From the NCBI GenBank assembly GCA_963675595.2, contig CAXXLZ010000002.1, forward strand, positions 1,024,001-1,088,000: a stretch of 64,000 nucleotides of DNA. The letters run 5' to 3'. The position numbers and the translations under genes were made by a program. The stretch's first letter is position 1. Every line of letters starts with the position of its first letter. Positions 20,142 to 31,621 of this stretch are shown here, piece after piece. Source of the stretch: Thermodesulfobacteriota bacterium (GTDB lineage: Bacteria; Desulfobacterota; Desulfarculia; JACQYL01). The notes below the pieces were generated by a model, which did not search any database, had not been told where the DNA came from, and worked only from the letters and a program-made list of their open reading frames with translations.

Positions 20142-22289
20142 ATGCTTCGTTTCCAACAAAGGTCGTACATCTTGTTGAAGTCCGGTTCCCAGCTCATACT
20201 CCTTCTGTTGATCTCTTTGGGCCTAACGGGTCCGTTTTCATTCGCGTCCGAAGTGTCTCATGTCCGAGCTCTCCCGGTTTCCCCCACGGAAACCTGGATC
20301 GCCGCAGTACCGCGCGATCACCCGCCTCAATATTCAATGGGTCCGTCCGGAGCACCCGAGGGTTTCGCCATTGAAGTAATGGACATCCTGGCTCGAAGGG
20401 CCGGGGTCCTGGTTCGCTATGAGGTCAAGGACACCTGGTTGCAGGCGGCGGATTCGCTAAAGAACGGGGAAGTGCACCTTATCCCCAACATGGGAGTCAG
20501 CGAAGAGAGGAAAATCAGCTTCGACTTCACTTCCCCGGTGGAGGCCTACAACCAGTCCCTATTCATAAGAAGCAGCGCGAAAAACCTGGATCAAATCGAA
20601 GACCTGAAGTCCCGCAGAATTGCCGTCGTGCAATTCAACACCGCGCTTGAATTCCTCAAACCTCTCAATCTCAAACACGTAAGGGTCTATGCGGACTTCA
20701 ATAATGCGCTCTTCGGACTGCTGTCGGGCACCGTCGATGTTCTGGCATTCCCCGAACCGGTGTTCTTCTGCCTCGTAAGGAAGGCGGGCCTGCGGGATCG
20801 CGTCAAGAATACGACGATTTCTTTGGGCGAAGTCAAACGAGCCGTGGCGGTAAGAAAGGGTGATTCGCAACTACTGGAACGGCTCAAGCCGTTAGTGAAA
20901 GACTTCGTCGGCACTCCGGAATTCCATGCCATGTATACCAAGTGGTATGGAACGCCTCCGTCCTTCTGGAGCATATCCCGGGTCGTTTTGGCCATGGGAG
21001 CGTTGACCGCCCTCGTCGCCGCCGTCATGTTTCTGTGGCATTACCGAAGCATCATCAGGCTCAATCGGGACCTGTCCACCGCCGTGTCTCGTTTGGGCGT
21101 TGCGGAAGAACAACTCCGCGAGTCCAACGTGCAACTCGAAGAGCGAGTCAGAAAACGCACCGCGGCCATGGAAAGAACCAACAAGAAACTCCAGCGAGAG
21201 GTGGAGGAAAGACGTAGGCTCGAGGAAGCCCTGCTGGAAAGCAGAAAAACCCTGAATGCCATTCTGGATGCCTCACCCGCAGCCATCGCTCTGTTTGAGG
21301 AAGGCAGAATTGCTTGGTTTAACGATGCGCTGGTGCGCATATCCGGTTACGAGGCCGAAGAGCTCAAAGGAAGAATCGTATCTTCATTCTATCCTGACAA
21401 GGCACGCTTCTTGCTTGATGAAAAAGATATAATGGCCAGTCTCGATCAGACGGGAAAAGCAGTCAAAGACGCCCGTTTGATGTGCAGGGACGGCAGAATG
21501 ATAGACGTTATCTTCCAGGCTCGACTGCTGGACAGAGAAGACGTGGGAGGCGGAATCATAGCGGCCGTGATGGACATCACGGAACGCAAGAACAATGAAA
21601 AGGCCCTACTCGATTATCAAGAACGTCTGAAAAGCCTGCTGTCGGAAATCACCATGGCGGAAGAGCGTGAACGACGCAGACTGGCTGCGGACCTTCATGA
21701 CGGACTCAGCCAGGATCTGGCGCTTCTGCGAATCAGATTACAGCAGGCCATCAGCACGGCGGACCCGAGCATTCAGGATTCTTTGTTCAAAATTAGGAAC
21801 ATGGTCGATTCGATCTTAGAAAGCGCCCGCCAAGTCACTATGGAACTCAGCCCTCCGCTGCTCTATGATTTGGGATTCGACGCGGCGGTGGAATGGCTGA
21901 CGGACCGAGTCCGGCGGCGCAGCGGCCTATCCATTGTCCTGACGAAACATGGGGAATCCGGATCATTAAACGACGAGCTGTCCATCGCTCTATTCCGAAT
22001 GCTCAGGGAACTCTTACAGAACGTGGAAAAACACGCCGAAGCCAAGCGGGTCGAGATCATCCTCCGGTCCGAATCCGAATCAGTATCGTTGTGTGTCCGC
22101 GACGACGGTAAGGGGTTCGACCCCAAGGCGCAAGAGCACCTCGGGTCCAAAGGATTCGGCCTTTTCAGCATACGTGAGCGTATCACCACCATGCACGGCA
22201 AACTGGACTTGCAATCCGGCCCCGGACAGGGAACCTGTATCGCTCTGTGGCTGCCCGTTCCCCCGGCACTCGGGATTGGAGACGCGTAA
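20142..22289 (+). CDS. Sensor histidine kinase: periplasmic amino-acid-binding (SBP family 3) domain + PAS + HisKA_3/HATPase
   Basis: PPQY...GFAIEV, ERRRLAADLHDGLSQ, ELLQNVEKHA, DDGKGF, GFGL; start 20100 or 20142. Confidence 0.92.
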   Translation: MLRFQQRSYILLKSGSQLILLLLISLGLTGPFSFASEVSHVRALPVSPTETWIAAVPRDHPPQYSMGPSGAPEGFAIEVMDILARRAGVLVRYEVKDTWLQAADSLKNGEVHLIPNMGVSEERKISFDFTSPVEAYNQSLFIRSSAKNLDQIEDLKSRRIAVVQFNTALEFLKPLNLKHVRVYADFNNALFGLLSGTVDVLAFPEPVFFCLVRKAGLRDRVKNTTISLGEVKRAVAVRKGDSQLLERLKPLVKDFVGTPEFHAMYTKWYGTPPSFWSISRVVLAMGALTALVAAVMFLWHYRSIIRLNRDLSTAVSRLGVAEEQLRESNVQLEERVRKRTAAMERTNKKLQREVEERRRLEEALLESRKTLNAILDASPAAIALFEEGRIAWFNDALVRISGYEAEELKGRIVSSFYPDKARFLLDEKDIMASLDQTGKAVKDARLMCRDGRMIDVIFQARLLDREDVGGGIIAAVMDITERKNNEKALLDYQERLKSLLSEITMAEERERRRLAADLHDGLSQDLALLRIRLQQAISTADPSIQDSLFKIRNMVDSILESARQVTMELSPPLLYDLGFDAAVEWLTDRVRRRSGLSIVLTKHGESGSLNDELSIALFRMLRELLQNVEKHAEAKRVEIILRSESESVSLCVRDDGKGFDPKAQEHLGSKGFGLFSIRERITTMHGKLDLQSGPGQGTCIALWLPVPPALGIGDA

Positions 22290-22936
22290 TGAATTTGAAA
22301 ATCATGCTGGCCGACGACCACAGAGTCCTCTTGGAGGGGCTGCGCGCCCTCATCAGCGGGGTTCAGGGCCTGTCCGTGGCGGGCACGGCGTTTACGGGAC
22401 ACGAGGCATTGCGTTTGGCGGATGAAATCAAACCGGACATCGTCATCATGGACATCGGGATGCCGGACATGAACGGCATCGAAGCAACCCGGCGAATCAT
22501 TTCGAACCATCCCGGAACCAAAGTCATTGCATTGTCCGTCCACTCCGAAGGCAAGTATGTGATGGAGATGATTCGGGCGGGCGCCGCCGGCTACGTGTTG
22601 AAGGAATGTGCCTTTGAAGAGATAGAGCGGGCCATCGGAGCGGTCGTTGATCACCAGGCCTATCTGAGTCCCGGCGTAACCCGTGAAGTATTTCAAGGCC
22701 TCTCCGATCCCGAAGCACGGCAACCCGAGTCCGCCTTCTCTTTGCTGTCTTCCCGCGAACGCGAGATTCTTCAGTTGCTGGCCGAGGGAAAAACCGTTCG
22801 CGAAGTGGCGGACACGATCAATGTCAGTGTCAAGACCGTGGATACCCACAAGCAGAACGTGATGCGGAAGCTCAACCTCGGCAGCTTCGCGGAGCTGATC
22901 AAATACGCGGTACGCCAAGGACTGACGCCCCTATAA
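22289..22936 (+). CDS. NarL/FixJ-family response regulator, copy 2 (cognate of the upstream kinase)
   Basis: TAATG overlap with the kinase stop; same motifs as copy 1. Confidence 0.95.
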   Translation: MNLKIMLADDHRVLLEGLRALISGVQGLSVAGTAFTGHEALRLADEIKPDIVIMDIGMPDMNGIEATRRIISNHPGTKVIALSVHSEGKYVMEMIRAGAAGYVLKECAFEEIERAIGAVVDHQAYLSPGVTREVFQGLSDPEARQPESAFSLLSSREREILQLLAEGKTVREVADTINVSVKTVDTHKQNVMRKLNLGSFAELIKYAVRQGLTPL

Positions 22937-23483
22937 GCCGCGGTCGGGCTACGAAATTCGAAGCCTTCATCGGAAACAAAGCCCACCTTACGAGGCCGAC
23001 ACCCGCCGCCTCGCTCATTCTCAGCCCAAACCTTTGCGTTCCGTGAGATTCCCTTCGGTGAGTCCATGTGGGGAGAGCGCCAAACCAGGTATCCCCCCCC
23101 CCTCGAATCAGGTTTTTGGAACCAAAAAATCCGCAGTGCGCTTATTGCCCGTTTTAAGGAATTCTGCCAGAATTTGTATTATATTTTCGATCCAAACGTT
23201 GCGGCGGCCCAACCGTCTGTTTTCTCCATCGACGGCTCATACTTACCGGGCGGATGGGGTCACGTCGCTTCTTACCCCCTCTCACTTCCCATTGATCCAG
23301 GAATGGCGAAACATTGCATTGTTTCGCTTGATATATGCAATCTCCGGAGTGCGCCGCGAGCGCGTTCCTTATGTCCCGAGGACGAGCCGCACCGAACCCG
23401 TACTTCGAACCGCGGATCGAGAAGAACCCGGTCCCGGAATCCCCATGTTGAGTCCTCCGGCCTCGTGGTTTTCTTGTGGTTTT

Positions 23484-23511
23484 TACATACCCGAGAGACA
23501 CGGACCGATAA
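23484..23511 (+). promoter_or_regulatory. Possible sigma-28 (FliA) promoter for the MCP
   Basis: TACA-N16-ACCGATAA about 45 nt upstream of the MCP start; consensus is TAAA-N15-GCCGATAA. Confidence 0.3.
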
Positions 23512-23555
23512 CGCTCGAAACTTTCAGCGCATACCTTGATCAAGGAGGCTCCCTC

Positions 23556-25490
23556 ATGAGGAAGGCGACCATTAGACGCAGGCTCGTTGCCTTGGTGCTC
23601 GGCATGGTTTTGTTGGTGGCTCTGGTGTCGGTTTTCTTCTTGAACCGCTTCGGTGTCGTGGTTGGATACTACGAGGATATCACGGAGGTCAGAATCCCAC
23701 AGCAAGCCGTTGCAGACCGGATGATCGGCACATTGCTCGAGGTTCAATTGTCCCTGAACGAGCTTTACGCAGTGAATCGCAGCAGTGATGAGCTCCAGGC
23801 GTATTCACAAAGAGTCCGAAATGGTCTCCAACAATGTGAAGCGCTGATGGAAGCGATTCTCAATGGGTCCTCGAACCTCGGAACCATCATGCCCGGAATG
23901 GAGGGGATGACCCTACCGCCTTGCCGTGAGGGAGGGCGAATCGAAAAACTCATTCACAAAGGAGAACCTGTATTCGCCGAATTCAGTGACCTTATCCAAA
24001 ATGTTCTTGAGCTCAAGAAAGCACAGGTGAATCTCGTAAGGGAAATCGGATGGTACGACTCCGCCGAGAACCGCTTCGGCGCCGTGGGAACCCTGGTGGA
24101 GGCCGGTCGAGAAATGGAAACCCTGGCGAATGACGATCAGGTCAAGCTGTTGGTGGCCGAAATTCGTCGACAGGAGAAGAACATTCTCCAACGGGCCGAC
24201 CAGAGGTACATCGACCGGTGGAAAGAAGCCGCGGAACGACTGAAGCCGTTGGCCGTCGGAGACATGAGCGGAATCCTCCGGAATTACGTACGAACCTTTG
24301 AGGGGATATTCGAAAAGATCCCGGCCAGAGACGAGTCCATAGACCGCATCAGGTCGCTCATGACGGGAGAGATCAAAACGAGCCGAACAAAGATCGAAGG
24401 CGCCGCAAACGAGATTGCCGACAGAGCTCGAGAACAACTCATGGAAGGCAACCGGGCTGCACGGTCCGTAGAGGAATCCGCCAGGACATGGATTACCGCC
24501 ATCGCAGCCTGCATCGCCCTCGGGGCTCTCTTTTTCGGATGGTTGGTTTCGGATCGCATCAACAAGGTCCTGGGCGAAATCATCGGTTCCCTGAACGATG
24601 GTTCCGAGCAACTGGTCGCCGCTTCAACCCAGCTCGCGGCTTCCAGTCAATCCATTGCCGAGGGGGCTTCAGAACAGGCCGCATCATTAGAAGAGACTTC
24701 CGCCTCATTGGAAGAGATGGCCACCATGGCCAGAGGAAACGCCGAGCACGCCTCACAGGCGGATCGGCTGATGCGGAATACACGGGAAGAGGTCGGCAAA
24801 GCCCAAAAGGCCATGGCCGAACTTACTCGATCCATGGAGGATATCTCGACGGCCAGTGGGGAGATATCAAAGATCACCAAAACCATTGATGAGATCGCTT
24901 TCCAGACCAACCTTCTAGCGCTGAACGCAGCGGTGGAAGCGGCCAGGGCGGGTGAACACGGAGTGGGGTTCGCGGTTGTGGCGGAAGAAGTCCGCAATCT
25001 TGCCATGCGGGCGGGAGAAGCCGCTAAGGAAGTGGGAATCCTCATTGAAACGACCGGGCGGCGGGTCAATAACAGCTCGGCCCTTGTCGGGGAAACCAAC
25101 GGAGCGGTTGCTTCGGTCTCTTCCAGCGCCGAAAAGGTGGCCGGGTTCATCGCTGAGATATCCGCCGCTTCCGGCGAACAGTCCCAAGGAGTGAGCCAGA
25201 TCAATCGAGCGGTGTCCGAAATGGACAAAGTGATTCAACGAAACTCATCGGGGGCGGAGGAATCCGCGGGTGCGGCGGAAGAGCTGAGTTCCCAGGCGGA
25301 ATTGATCAAGGACACCATCATGCAGCTGATGGTGCTGGTCGGACAAACCAAAAACGCCGATACTCGAAAGCGGATATCCGTAAGGAATCCGGAAGGAGAT
25401 CATGGGAAGAAGTCTATGCCGATCCTCGGCTCCCTGAGAGCGCCCAAGAGAGTCAACGAGTTACGCGCCCTTCCGGAGCACTTGGGCTGA
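23556..25490 (+). CDS. Methyl-accepting chemotaxis protein
   Basis: Two TMs, [34 protein letters not shown]; AAGGAGG RBS before the ATG at 23556. Confidence 0.95.
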   Translation: MRKATIRRRLVALVLGMVLLVALVSVFFLNRFGVVVGYYEDITEVRIPQQAVADRMIGTLLEVQLSLNELYAVNRSSDELQAYSQRVRNGLQQCEALMEAILNGSSNLGTIMPGMEGMTLPPCREGGRIEKLIHKGEPVFAEFSDLIQNVLELKKAQVNLVREIGWYDSAENRFGAVGTLVEAGREMETLANDDQVKLLVAEIRRQEKNILQRADQRYIDRWKEAAERLKPLAVGDMSGILRNYVRTFEGIFEKIPARDESIDRIRSLMTGEIKTSRTKIEGAANEIADRAREQLMEGNRAARSVEESARTWITAIAACIALGALFFGWLVSDRINKVLGEIIGSLNDGSEQLVAASTQLAASSQSIAEGASEQAASLEETSASLEEMATMARGNAEHASQADRLMRNTREEVGKAQKAMAELTRSMEDISTASGEISKITKTIDEIAFQTNLLALNAAVEAARAGEHGVGFAVVAEEVRNLAMRAGEAAKEVGILIETTGRRVNNSSALVGETNGAVASVSSSAEKVAGFIAEISAASGEQSQGVSQINRAVSEMDKVIQRNSSGAEESAGAAEELSSQAELIKDTIMQLMVLVGQTKNADTRKRISVRNPEGDHGKKSMPILGSLRAPKRVNELRALPEHLG

Positions 25491-25816
25491 TGACTCATCG
25501 ACGAAAACCGAAAAAACATTCTCCGACGCTTCAGAGAACCATGAAACGCGGTTCTTCCCCCGGGTGGAGCGCACTGCCTCTCCGGGGGTTGGACGAGGCA
25601 GGCGCCCGGGACGAAGCTTCCGAACGTCTATTCTTCCCGGCCTCGTTGAGACGAGGGCTTGCCTTCGCTTGGTCGGTGCATGTGATATCGCGATGATTCA
25701 AGCATCCCCGACAACCGTCCCGGTGCAAGCGAGCGTCATGACGGGCTCCTGCGAGAGTCGGCCCCTCTATAACGAAACGGAAACGAGGAAAGCGTGTTGA
25801 CACCCTCTGATCCCGG

Positions 25817-28447
25817 ATGTTCGTGGGTCCTATTTCGAGGTCGACGGCCTTGAACCTGTTCCCGATCATTCTCGTTTCGCTGCTTCTCCAGATCACCGCT
25901 GCCGTTCTGGCATTACGACTGATTAGGATCACGGGCCGTCGAAGAGCTTGGCTGTTGATCGCTACTGCGGCCATCGGCATGGCCGTTCGCCGCTTGTTGG
26001 CCCTCTACGCATCGTGGGGCGACGGTTCGCCCCCTGAGCTCGGCGGCATCGGCTCCGAGGAACTCGTGGCGCTGATTACCTCGGCCTTAATGGTGGGCGG
26101 AATGGCGTTGATCAGACCCATCTTCCTGGACTTTCGGCGATCGGAAGAAGAAATCAGGGAGAGTCGGGAACGCTACCGTTCCGTATTCGAACTTTCGAGG
26201 GACGCCATCGTCATTTCCTCCCCGGACGGTTGGATCGAAGACGTAAATCCGGCCGCAGCGCATATGTTCGGCTGTCCGCGGAGTGAATTGATCGGCACGA
26301 ATATCGAGAATTGGCACACCAAGCCCGTGCGACAAGCTCTGTTCGCAAGCGACATCGGCGCTGCCGGTTTTGTCTCCGATTGGGAAGCCGAAATGACTAC
26401 GAAACAAGGACAGACCATTCAATGTGAAATCAGTGCCACATTGAGGAAAGGCCTGTCGGGAGAAGTCCTGGGGCATCAATCACTTTTCCGCGACGTCACC
26501 GAGAAGAAACAGGCACAGAAGGCGCTCAGAGAAAGCAAGGAACTCCTGGACGCCATACTGGCGGCATCCGCCGTGGGCATTTGCATGGTCCGGGATCGTG
26601 AGGTCAAATGGGCGAATCAAGCTCTGCTTGATATCTTGGGCTATGAGCAGTCCGACATGATCGGCCAACCCACGAGAATCGCGTATCCCGACGAGGCCGA
26701 ATTCCTGCGTGTGGGCAAAGACCTCATCCCAAGCCTGAGAAGCTTTGGCCAAGCAGCCTTGGATGCCCGCTGGATTAGAAAAGACGGGGAGGAAATCCAC
26801 GTTTATCTCCAGGCCCGAAGCCTGGATCCAACCAACTTCTCCCGCGGCTTCATCGCTTCCGCCACGGACATCACCCAGAGAAAATGTTCGGAGGAAGCTT
26901 TGGAGCGGTCCGAAGAGAAATACCGGCTTGTTCTGGATCATGCCGGTGAGGCCATTTTTGTGGCCCAAGAGGGTTGGATCCTATTCTGCAACCCCATGAC
27001 CGAAAAATTGTTCGGTTTTTCCGAGGAGGAGCTGAAGAGAATCCCGTTAATCGACCTCTTACAAGCGGAGGACCATGTCGCATTTCAGGTTCTCGACGAA
27101 AACAATCTGAAAGGACACGAATCCACCACTATCCAGACCGTTCGTTTCACGGCCAAAGGCGGCAAGTCCAGGTGGCTGGAGATGACGGGCGTTCCCGTTG
27201 TCTGGGACGACCTGCCCGCATCGTTGGTTTTCGTGCGGGATGTTACCCGCCAGAAGGAACTGGAACGGCAACTGCTTCATTCTCAGAAAATGGAAGCCAT
27301 CGGCCGTCTCGCGGGAGGGGTGGCTCATGACTTCAACAACCTGCTCCTCGTGATCAACGGCTACAGTGAAATGGCCCTCCAAAGTTCCGAATGCGGGGAA
27401 CACATGAGGGAAATCATACAAGGAATCCATGAAGCGGGTGAGAGCGCCGCCGCGTTAACGCGCCAATTGCTCGCTTTCAGCCATCAACGGTTGGCGACTC
27501 CCAAGAAACTCGACCTCAACGAAGTGGTTTCGGGAATGGACAGGATGCTGAGGCGTGTCATCGGAGAGGATATCGAGCTGTCCTTGAAGCTTCAGGAAGA
27601 CCTTTGGCCCGTGGAGGGAGACACCGGGGAGCTGGAGCAGGTAATCATGAACTTGGCGGTAAATGCCCGAGATGCTATGCCGCGCGGCGGAGAGCTTACG
27701 GTGGAGACGGGCAACGTCACCCTGACCCCCGATTATACGGAAGAGCAAATCGATTTGACGCCCGGTCCCCATGTGATGCTGACGGTGAGCGATACGGGAA
27801 AGGGAATGGACGCCTTCGTACAGAGCCACCTGTTTGAGCCGTTTTTCACGACCAAGGAAATGGGACAGGGTTCCGGCCTCGGGCTGTCCATCGTCTATGG
27901 AATTGTGAGGAAATATGGAGGAAACATCCACGTATACAGCGAACCGGACCAGGGGACCACTTTCAGGGCCTACTTCCCCCGAGTGGAACAGGCCGCTGTG
28001 GAGATGAAGCCACAGGAGACCCAGGCTGATACGCAAAGGGGACAGGGAACGATCTTGTTGGTGGAGGATGAAGACAAGGTCCGCGCTCTGGTGGCCGAAG
28101 TGCTGCGTCGGTTCGGCTTCAAGGTTTTGCAGGCCTCCGGGTACGACGAGGCCGTCGATCTGGTGTTCAACGGCAATGAGCCCGTGCATCTCCTGATCAG
28201 TGACGTGGTGATGCCGAAAATGAACGGGTTCGATCTGGCGGCGCGCATACGTCAACTAAGACCCGGAATCGAGGTTATCCTGATGTCGGGTTACACCGAA
28301 ACCCACATTTCCCGAAAGAACTCCATCGAACCCGACTACGCCTTCATCCAGAAACCGTTTGCCATCGGCGCTCTGATCGACAAAATCCATGAGAAGCTGA
28401 ACGTGAAGAAGCAAAGCACTACTCAAATCCCTCCCCACGCGCTCTAA
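25817..28447 (+). CDS. Hybrid sensor kinase (TM, 3 PAS, HisKA, HATPase, REC), CckA-like architecture
   Basis: LAGGVAHDFNN, NARDAM, FFTTK, GSGLGL, LISDVVMP. Confidence 0.93.
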   Translation: MFVGPISRSTALNLFPIILVSLLLQITAAVLALRLIRITGRRRAWLLIATAAIGMAVRRLLALYASWGDGSPPELGGIGSEELVALITSALMVGGMALIRPIFLDFRRSEEEIRESRERYRSVFELSRDAIVISSPDGWIEDVNPAAAHMFGCPRSELIGTNIENWHTKPVRQALFASDIGAAGFVSDWEAEMTTKQGQTIQCEISATLRKGLSGEVLGHQSLFRDVTEKKQAQKALRESKELLDAILAASAVGICMVRDREVKWANQALLDILGYEQSDMIGQPTRIAYPDEAEFLRVGKDLIPSLRSFGQAALDARWIRKDGEEIHVYLQARSLDPTNFSRGFIASATDITQRKCSEEALERSEEKYRLVLDHAGEAIFVAQEGWILFCNPMTEKLFGFSEEELKRIPLIDLLQAEDHVAFQVLDENNLKGHESTTIQTVRFTAKGGKSRWLEMTGVPVVWDDLPASLVFVRDVTRQKELERQLLHSQKMEAIGRLAGGVAHDFNNLLLVINGYSEMALQSSECGEHMREIIQGIHEAGESAAALTRQLLAFSHQRLATPKKLDLNEVVSGMDRMLRRVIGEDIELSLKLQEDLWPVEGDTGELEQVIMNLAVNARDAMPRGGELTVETGNVTLTPDYTEEQIDLTPGPHVMLTVSDTGKGMDAFVQSHLFEPFFTTKEMGQGSGLGLSIVYGIVRKYGGNIHVYSEPDQGTTFRAYFPRVEQAAVEMKPQETQADTQRGQGTILLVEDEDKVRALVAEVLRRFGFKVLQASGYDEAVDLVFNGNEPVHLLISDVVMPKMNGFDLAARIRQLRPGIEVILMSGYTETHISRKNSIEPDYAFIQKPFAIGALIDKIHEKLNVKKQSTTQIPPHAL

Positions 28448-28582
28448 CATGTCTTTATGCTCCGCCTTCGACATGAAAGACGCCATAACCCTTGCATCAC
28501 GGAACTTCTTCTTTCAGGAATTGATCATGTCCACCTTGGCTACAATGCGATATTTTATAGAAACGGCAGGTTGAAGACGATT

Positions 28583-31500
28583 TCAGGCTTTGCGGCCTCC
28601 AACACTTTTGAGGAGTACGGGAAGCACGATCAGCACCAGGGGGATCTGAACGATCAAGCCGGATATGATTGCAACGGCGAGGGGCTGTTGCATGGCTGAT
28701 CCCCGGCCGATGCCCAAAGCAAGTGGGAGGAGTGCCAGAATAGTCGCCAGAGTTGTCATGGCGATGGGTCTCATTCGGTTTTTCCCGGCACTGATCAGAG
28801 TGACGGCGTTATTTTCCTCACCGGGCAAACTGTAATATTCCGAGACGTAAAAGATGCCCACTTCGGTCACTATGCCCACGATCATGGTCATGCCCATCAT
28901 CGACGTGATATTCAGCTCCGTTCCGGTGATCCACAGGCCGATGAATACCGTGCAAACGGCCATCAGAGTGGTTACCAGGATCGAGCCTGCAACCCGGAAG
29001 CTCTCATAGAGGAAGAGTAACAGGCAGAACACGAGAAGAACGGCGGCCAAGAAAACCGTCATGAGCCCTGAGAAAGCAATTTGCTGCTGCTCATACAGTC
29101 CGCCCATGCTCCAATAGACATCTTTGGGCAGAAGGCCGGGCCGATTAAGAATCTCTTTTATCCGGCTGATCACCGATCCCATGTCACTGCCGCTGATACG
29201 GCCGGTAACCGCGATCATGCGTTTGAGGTCGTCACGCATGATCTGTGGCTGCCCGGTGATCAACTCAATGCTTCCAATCCTTTCAATCGGGAAGAGATGC
29301 CCGTCCGGAGCACGAAGCTGCAGGCGTCGAACATCCCAAACCGTTCTACGCGAGGCGTCGGGGACCCACACTCTCACACCGACCATTTTTGGCCCCCGCC
29401 GGACGTGGGTTGTGATAACCCCGCTCAAGACTTCATGGAGGCTGTCTGTAATCGATTCGGGGTCCACTCCCTCAAGCGAAGCCCTGTCTCTATCGATTTT
29501 GATGTTGAGTGCATCGCCCGCAAACACGACTCCATCGTTCACTTCCACCACACCAGGAACCTTGGAAACGGCATCCGCTACTTTGGGTCCCAGTTCGCCG
29601 AGGAGTCGGCCGTTGTCTGAATAGATCTTGATTTCAATCGGCTGAGGCACAGCAGTGAGATCCCCGATGAGATCTTCCATAAGCTGAGCCATCTCGATGT
29701 GGACACCGGGGACGGAGTGCCGAATCTTCGTTTGCACGTCGTCCATAACCGTCCATATGGAGGGGCGAGGAAGGGGCTTTAGGCGTACGAAGAAATCACC
29801 TTCGTTCGCCTCACTCAGTGAGCCGCCCAGCGCGAGGCCGGTGCGGCGAGAATAGGTTGAGACGGCCGGTGTGGAAAGAAGGATGCCCTCGACCTGACGC
29901 AGCAGCCGGTCCGTCTCCGAAAGGGAAGTGCCCGCCGCTGTTCTGTAATCGAGAATAAATCCCCCCTCATCCATGGAGGGCATGAATCCGGAGCCGACTC
30001 GCGAATAGCCCAGCCAACCAAGCAGAATCAGAGGCAAGACGAACAAGATCACCAGAGAACGATGTTCCAGCATCCGGCGCATGAGGGCTTCGTATCCTTG
30101 ATGCATCCGGAGTGCCAGAGGCCCGCCTTCTTTTGCTTGTGCGTCTTTTGCGCTCAGTATGTGGTCTGCCAGAAGCGGTTCCGCCAGCCACGCGACCAGA
30201 AAGGATATGAACAAAGCGGCCGCCATGGTGAGGGAAAGAGATTTGAAGAAAGCCCCCGTGACACCCGACAAGAAAGCCAGCGGAAGAAAAATGATGATCG
30301 TCGAAGCAGAGGAGCCCATGAGTGGTCCGCTGAATTCCCGTACGGCGCTCATCACCTGACGATGATGATCGCCGGTGCCGCCGCGCAGCCTTCTAATGAT
30401 ATGCTCTACCATAACTATGGTATCGTCGATGATGAGGCCGACGGCCGCCGCCATACCTCCAAGGGTCATGATGTTCAAGCTCATATGCAACGCATGGAGG
30501 AGGAACATGGTGGCTGCGAGAACGCTCGGTACGGAGATGACGGCGATCAAGGTGATTTTCAGACTGCGCAGAAAGAGGAGCAGAATCAGGGCCGCCAGCA
30601 GCACGCCGATGAGAATCGCATCGCGCACACTTGCAGCCGAGGAAAGGATCAGCTCGCTCTGATCGTACCAGTTGGAAATCTTCACGTCCTTGGGTAGGTG
30701 CTTGCGATACCCGGCGAGCTTCGTTTTCAGCTCGCGATCAATTTGCACCGTGTTGCCTCCAGGCTGCTGGTAAATCTGAAAGATCACGGCGTCTCGCCCG
30801 TCTGCCGTAACTTTGGTCCATTGCGGCACTGTTGACCGAGCCACTGTGGCCACGTCTTTGACGAACACGACTCCGTCTTTCTCGGACCGGAGGGCGGTCA
30901 TGCTGATACTGGAAAGGTCCGTAAATCGCGTATCCGAGACGATTAGGTACAGCTTGTAGTGATCCTCGACGCGACCGACCGCTGTAATGATATTCGACGC
31001 CGAAAGGGCCTTTGACACATCGCCGAGTGAGAGGCCGAAAGAGACAAGCTTTGCGGGATTCACCGTGACGCGGTACTCCTCTTTCTCTCCACCCACAACT
31101 CCGACCCTGGCGACTCCCTTGACCGTGGAGAGGAGGGGTCGGAGCTGATAAAGAGCGATATCCCGGAGCTCAACGAGAGAATGTTTTTCCGAAGTCATGC
31201 TGTAAGCCAGCACGGGGAATACCGTGGGATCCATGCGTCGGACTGCGAAAACGGTCTCTTTGGGAAGTTGCGAAAGTGTTTGGTTTATGGCTGATTCGAC
31301 CAGGAGCAGGCTGGACACCATGTCCTGTCCCCACTCGAACTTGACCGAAATATCGGCGCCACCCCGACTCGTGGTCGATCGGATATTGACCACACCGGGA
31401 ACCCCTCGTATGGCCTCCTCAACCGGCCAAGTGACCTCCAAAGCCGTCTGGTCCGCCGGACGATCTCCAGCGTCCAGGCTGACCTCGATTCGAGGAAAGC

Positions 31501-31621
31501 TGATTTGGGGAAAGAGAGCCACCGGAAGTTTCAGTGCCGCGGCCAATCCGCCGGCGATCAGCAGTCCGACCAGGAAGAGGATCGAGCGTCGGTGGGCCTG
31601 CATCCAATCGGTTACGGTCAT
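28583..31621 (-). CDS. RND efflux permease (AcrB/CzcA family)
   Basis: GLIIDDTIVMVE, RMRPIAMTT, QQPLAVAIISGL; ATGA overlap with the adaptor gene. Confidence 0.93.
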   Translation of the reverse strand: MTVTDWMQAHRRSILFLVGLLIAGGLAAALKLPVALFPQISFPRIEVSLDAGDRPADQTALEVTWPVEEAIRGVPGVVNIRSTTSRGGADISVKFEWGQDMVSSLLLVESAINQTLSQLPKETVFAVRRMDPTVFPVLAYSMTSEKHSLVELRDIALYQLRPLLSTVKGVARVGVVGGEKEEYRVTVNPAKLVSFGLSLGDVSKALSASNIITAVGRVEDHYKLYLIVSDTRFTDLSSISMTALRSEKDGVVFVKDVATVARSTVPQWTKVTADGRDAVIFQIYQQPGGNTVQIDRELKTKLAGYRKHLPKDVKISNWYDQSELILSSAASVRDAILIGVLLAALILLLFLRSLKITLIAVISVPSVLAATMFLLHALHMSLNIMTLGGMAAAVGLIIDDTIVMVEHIIRRLRGGTGDHHRQVMSAVREFSGPLMGSSASTIIIFLPLAFLSGVTGAFFKSLSLTMAAALFISFLVAWLAEPLLADHILSAKDAQAKEGGPLALRMHQGYEALMRRMLEHRSLVILFVLPLILLGWLGYSRVGSGFMPSMDEGGFILDYRTAAGTSLSETDRLLRQVEGILLSTPAVSTYSRRTGLALGGSLSEANEGDFFVRLKPLPRPSIWTVMDDVQTKIRHSVPGVHIEMAQLMEDLIGDLTAVPQPIEIKIYSDNGRLLGELGPKVADAVSKVPGVVEVNDGVVFAGDALNIKIDRDRASLEGVDPESITDSLHEVLSGVITTHVRRGPKMVGVRVWVPDASRRTVWDVRRLQLRAPDGHLFPIERIGSIELITGQPQIMRDDLKRMIAVTGRISGSDMGSVISRIKEILNRPGLLPKDVYWSMGGLYEQQQIAFSGLMTVFLAAVLLVFCLLLFLYESFRVAGSILVTTLMAVCTVFIGLWITGTELNITSMMGMTMIVGIVTEVGIFYVSEYYSLPGEENNAVTLISAGKNRMRPIAMTTLATILALLPLALGIGRGSAMQQPLAVAIISGLIVQIPLVLIVLPVLLKSVGGRKA

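Noticed and set aside
23020-23075. c-di-GMP-I riboswitch-like fragment (ACGCAAAG) upstream of the MCP
   Set aside because: It is on the opposite strand to the MCP, and the GGCAAAC/GAAA stem and second hairpin could not be built
23303-23318. Sigma-54-like TGGCGAAACATTGCA
   Set aside because: GG-to-GC spacing is 9 nt rather than the required 10
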